From Pseudogymnoascus verrucosus (taxonomy: Eukaryota): 64,000 nt of DNA. The DNA is taken from NCBI GenBank assembly GCA_001662655.1, contig KV460219.1; one strand, 5' to 3'. Within the stretch, counting starts at the first letter, position 1. Each line of letters opens with the position of its first letter. The notes under the pieces were generated by a model. The model ran no database searches, was not told the DNA's origin, and saw only the letters and a program-made list of their open reading frames with translations. This document shows positions 62,701 to 64,000 of the stretch, one piece after another. Made by a program: the position numbers and the translations under genes.

Positions 62701-64000
62701 GCATGGTTCGCGAGCAAGGGATGGCGGAGCAAGAGTCAAAACGCGTCGAGACATTGATGATGGGCCTGTTCGGATATGCGCAAAAAAGGCGAGAAGAATA
62801 TTACCTCCTGAAACTTATTGCGCGATCCGTCAAGGAAGAGGTGGACGGATCCCACTCGATACAAGACTACCTCCGAGGCAATTTCTTCTGGACCAAACTC
62901 CTAGCAAACTATACTCGATCGCCACGGGACCGGAAATTCTTACGAGAGCTCTTGGGTCCTCTTATTCGCGAGAACATTATCGACGATCCCGCACTGGATT
63001 TGGAGAGCGACCCGATGCAGATCTATAGGTCCGCGATAAACAACGAGGAGCTTCGAACCGGGCGACCCAGCCACAGACCGCTGGACGTCACTCGAGAAGT
63101 CGCTATTAAGGATAAAGAGACGCGCGACTTGTTCATTGACCATCTCCGAGATCTCCGAGAGATTTCCGACCAGTTCCTTCAAGCACTGGAAGAAACCTTG
63201 CAGAAGATGCCATATGGAATTCGCTTTATCACGCAACAGTTGTTCGAATGCCTATGTGAAAGATTCCCTGGCGAAAAGCAGGCCTACATACTCCAGGTTG
63301 TTGGCCAATGGGTATTCCGCTCTTATATTCAGCCGCCATTAACATCGCCACAAGAAGTTGGCGTTGTAGAGAGGCAGTTGACGCCATTGCAGAAACGGAA
63401 TCTTGGGGAAGTAAGCAAGGTGCTATGCCAAGTCACCACTGGCAAGCTCTTTGGTGGGGATAATATCTATCTTCAGCCCCTCAATGCCTATGTTGGAACT
63501 GCCATTGAAAGAATGGGCATCATATTTGCCGACTTGATCGATGTCCCTGACGTGGAGCAAACCTTTGATATCGACGAGTTCAATGACTTGTACTCGAAAA
63601 CCAAGCCGACACTATACATTAAAATGGCAGACATCTTTGCCATACATAACCTGGTGATCAAAGAGCTACCACAAATATGCCCCAACAGGGATGATATGCT
63701 CCGGGAGATTATCCAGGAGCTTGGAAGTGCCAAGAACAACGAAATGGAATGGTCAGGCGTGACGTCGTCAGAGATCCAGATGACACTCAATCCCAAGCTT
63801 CACGATACCGATGATCCCGAAGCTGCAGTGAAGGCTCTATTCATGGAGACCAAACGCTGTGTTTTGTACATCATCCGCGTCCAATCCGGACCTAATCTTA
63901 TGGATATCCTCGTTCGGCCAATTACACGCGAGGATGAGCAGAAGTGGAAGGCTCTTGTTAGAGAAGAATTTGCTGCCGGTAGCAACACCCGCGGCGCATA
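59721..64000 (+). CDS. IQGAP-family cytokinesis protein (Iqg1/Rng2/SepG-like); truncated by the window end
   Basis: Open frame from ATG 59721 to the edge; it is missing from the ORF track because it has no stop. CH domain (QAYEYLCHIGEAKEWIE...HSDNIAIFF...LYEKKNIPKVIYCIHALS), many IQ-like LQxxxRG repeats, and a RasGAP-related region (MPYGIRF, QKRNLGEVSKVL). Confidence 0.93.
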   Translation, partial: MSYRHPLHQIQANDNSAQLAKRQPSTASTSSSAYSHPSEASYLSRTSTISSTASSGYQQPAHKRGLSEAKNMSPVRPGSSGRGFSTPNSEDPFQSVRLSLRPLPQVPAQNCPSPPNKQLFQHSRGQSLDVKPMYNDTAASPPPKRTGALRPNSMLLSRADSTRTVRSNTLQPSSQLSPLHTPVAAPDLQSLGKSSTGHLRTLSKFAEVSSPNEFAISSPAQEVAGLHGRRRLQRTDKTANGGSAVALNNGTGYSWEGRNWMDKQRQFLQAYEYLCHIGEAKEWIEDIIHRPIPPIVQLEEALRDGVTLAEIVEALQPDNRFRIFRNPKLQYRHSDNIAIFFRFLGEIELPDLFRFELIDLYEKKNIPKVIYCIHALSWLLYRQGVVDFRIGNLVGQLEFEHHELEAMQKGLDKAGVSMPSFGNMGADFGVPEPEPEPVESEEDRIERELHENEPSVIDLQAQIRGALQRMRLANTMEKLWNSEDWLVDLQSRIRGDFSRQIIDYRLNMRRFAVNLQSASRGFILRKQLMNRTEFFKSSEAEILKLQSLFRARKVRAEVCITKSRLRNESFAVRDVQAAVRGFLMRKRVEQQHQETRSVAAPVRGLQASIRGMLLRATIANDHHILDAETASIALIQANARAMLTRIQVSRQKQALQASTGIWKALQAMSRGHLLRKQLEFTRKELKAQSPSVSMFQAAIRASAVRSETAKILAALETEETTITEVQSLVRGMLSRQRIVAQKEALSRQSVNITKLQGHARGFLSRATTAELRADLYSNTPAIIQLQGLIRAMLHRNDIGNLLGELEDQEDSIVAFQTAARGLLVRAKFAEKQKFFKENMQKVIKIQSFVRGRLQGEAYKSLTTGKNPPVNTVKNFVHLLNDSDFDFNEEIEFERLRKTVVQQVRQNETSEQYIEQLDIKIALLVKNKITLDDVMQHQRNFGSHAGNLLPSTAMSSGNHFDLKALNKNSRKKLDTYQQLFFTLQTQPQYLARLFRMVREQGMAEQESKRVETLMMGLFGYAQKRREEYYLLKLIARSVKEEVDGSHSIQDYLRGNFFWTKLLANYTRSPRDRKFLRELLGPLIRENIIDDPALDLESDPMQIYRSAINNEELRTGRPSHRPLDVTREVAIKDKETRDLFIDHLRDLREISDQFLQALEETLQKMPYGIRFITQQLFECLCERFPGEKQAYILQVVGQWVFRSYIQPPLTSPQEVGVVERQLTPLQKRNLGEVSKVLCQVTTGKLFGGDNIYLQPLNAYVGTAIERMGIIFADLIDVPDVEQTFDIDEFNDLYSKTKPTLYIKMADIFAIHNLVIKELPQICPNRDDMLREIIQELGSAKNNEMEWSGVTSSEIQMTLNPKLHDTDDPEAAVKALFMETKRCVLYIIRVQSGPNLMDILVRPITREDEQKWKALVREEFAAGSNTRGA

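Overview
Intron-rich genomic DNA from a filamentous ascomycete (Pezizomycotina). A Leotiomycete such as Pseudogymnoascus is my unverified guess. About 22 intact genes and at least 6 pseudogenes or fragments can be read. The left ~36 kb looks accessory. It holds a RIP-riddled aryl-alcohol dehydrogenase relic, a secreted Cys-rich/GLEYA protein, two membrane proteins and a truncated CocE/NonD hydrolase. It also holds a compact putative catabolic cluster at 8.9-19.6 kb: DAL5/TNA1-type MFS, Zn2Cys6 TF, SCP2-type thiolase, HSD10-type 3-hydroxyacyl-CoA dehydrogenase and a PTS1-bearing acyl-CoA synthetase, with CreA- and FarA-type promoter motifs and no hydratase. Further along are a methyltransferase, a CE1 acetylxylan esterase, a MITE-like foldback, a TF/SDR/DUF4267 group, a kinase fragment, a carboxylesterase and two more pseudogenes. 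The right part carries an AA9 LPMO, a Zn2Cys6 TF, a divergent FAD monooxygenase/TRI12-type MFS pair with a repeat-rich promoter, a Pth11-like protein, an A-B-A-B tandem array and a nonsense-disrupted DUF6546-like gene. It ends with the core genes IMPDH, whose single intron hosts an snR54-like box C/D snoRNA, and IQGAP, which runs off the end. I saw no tRNA, rRNA, transposase, PKS or NRPS. All calls come from manual reading and recalled motifs; no searches were run.
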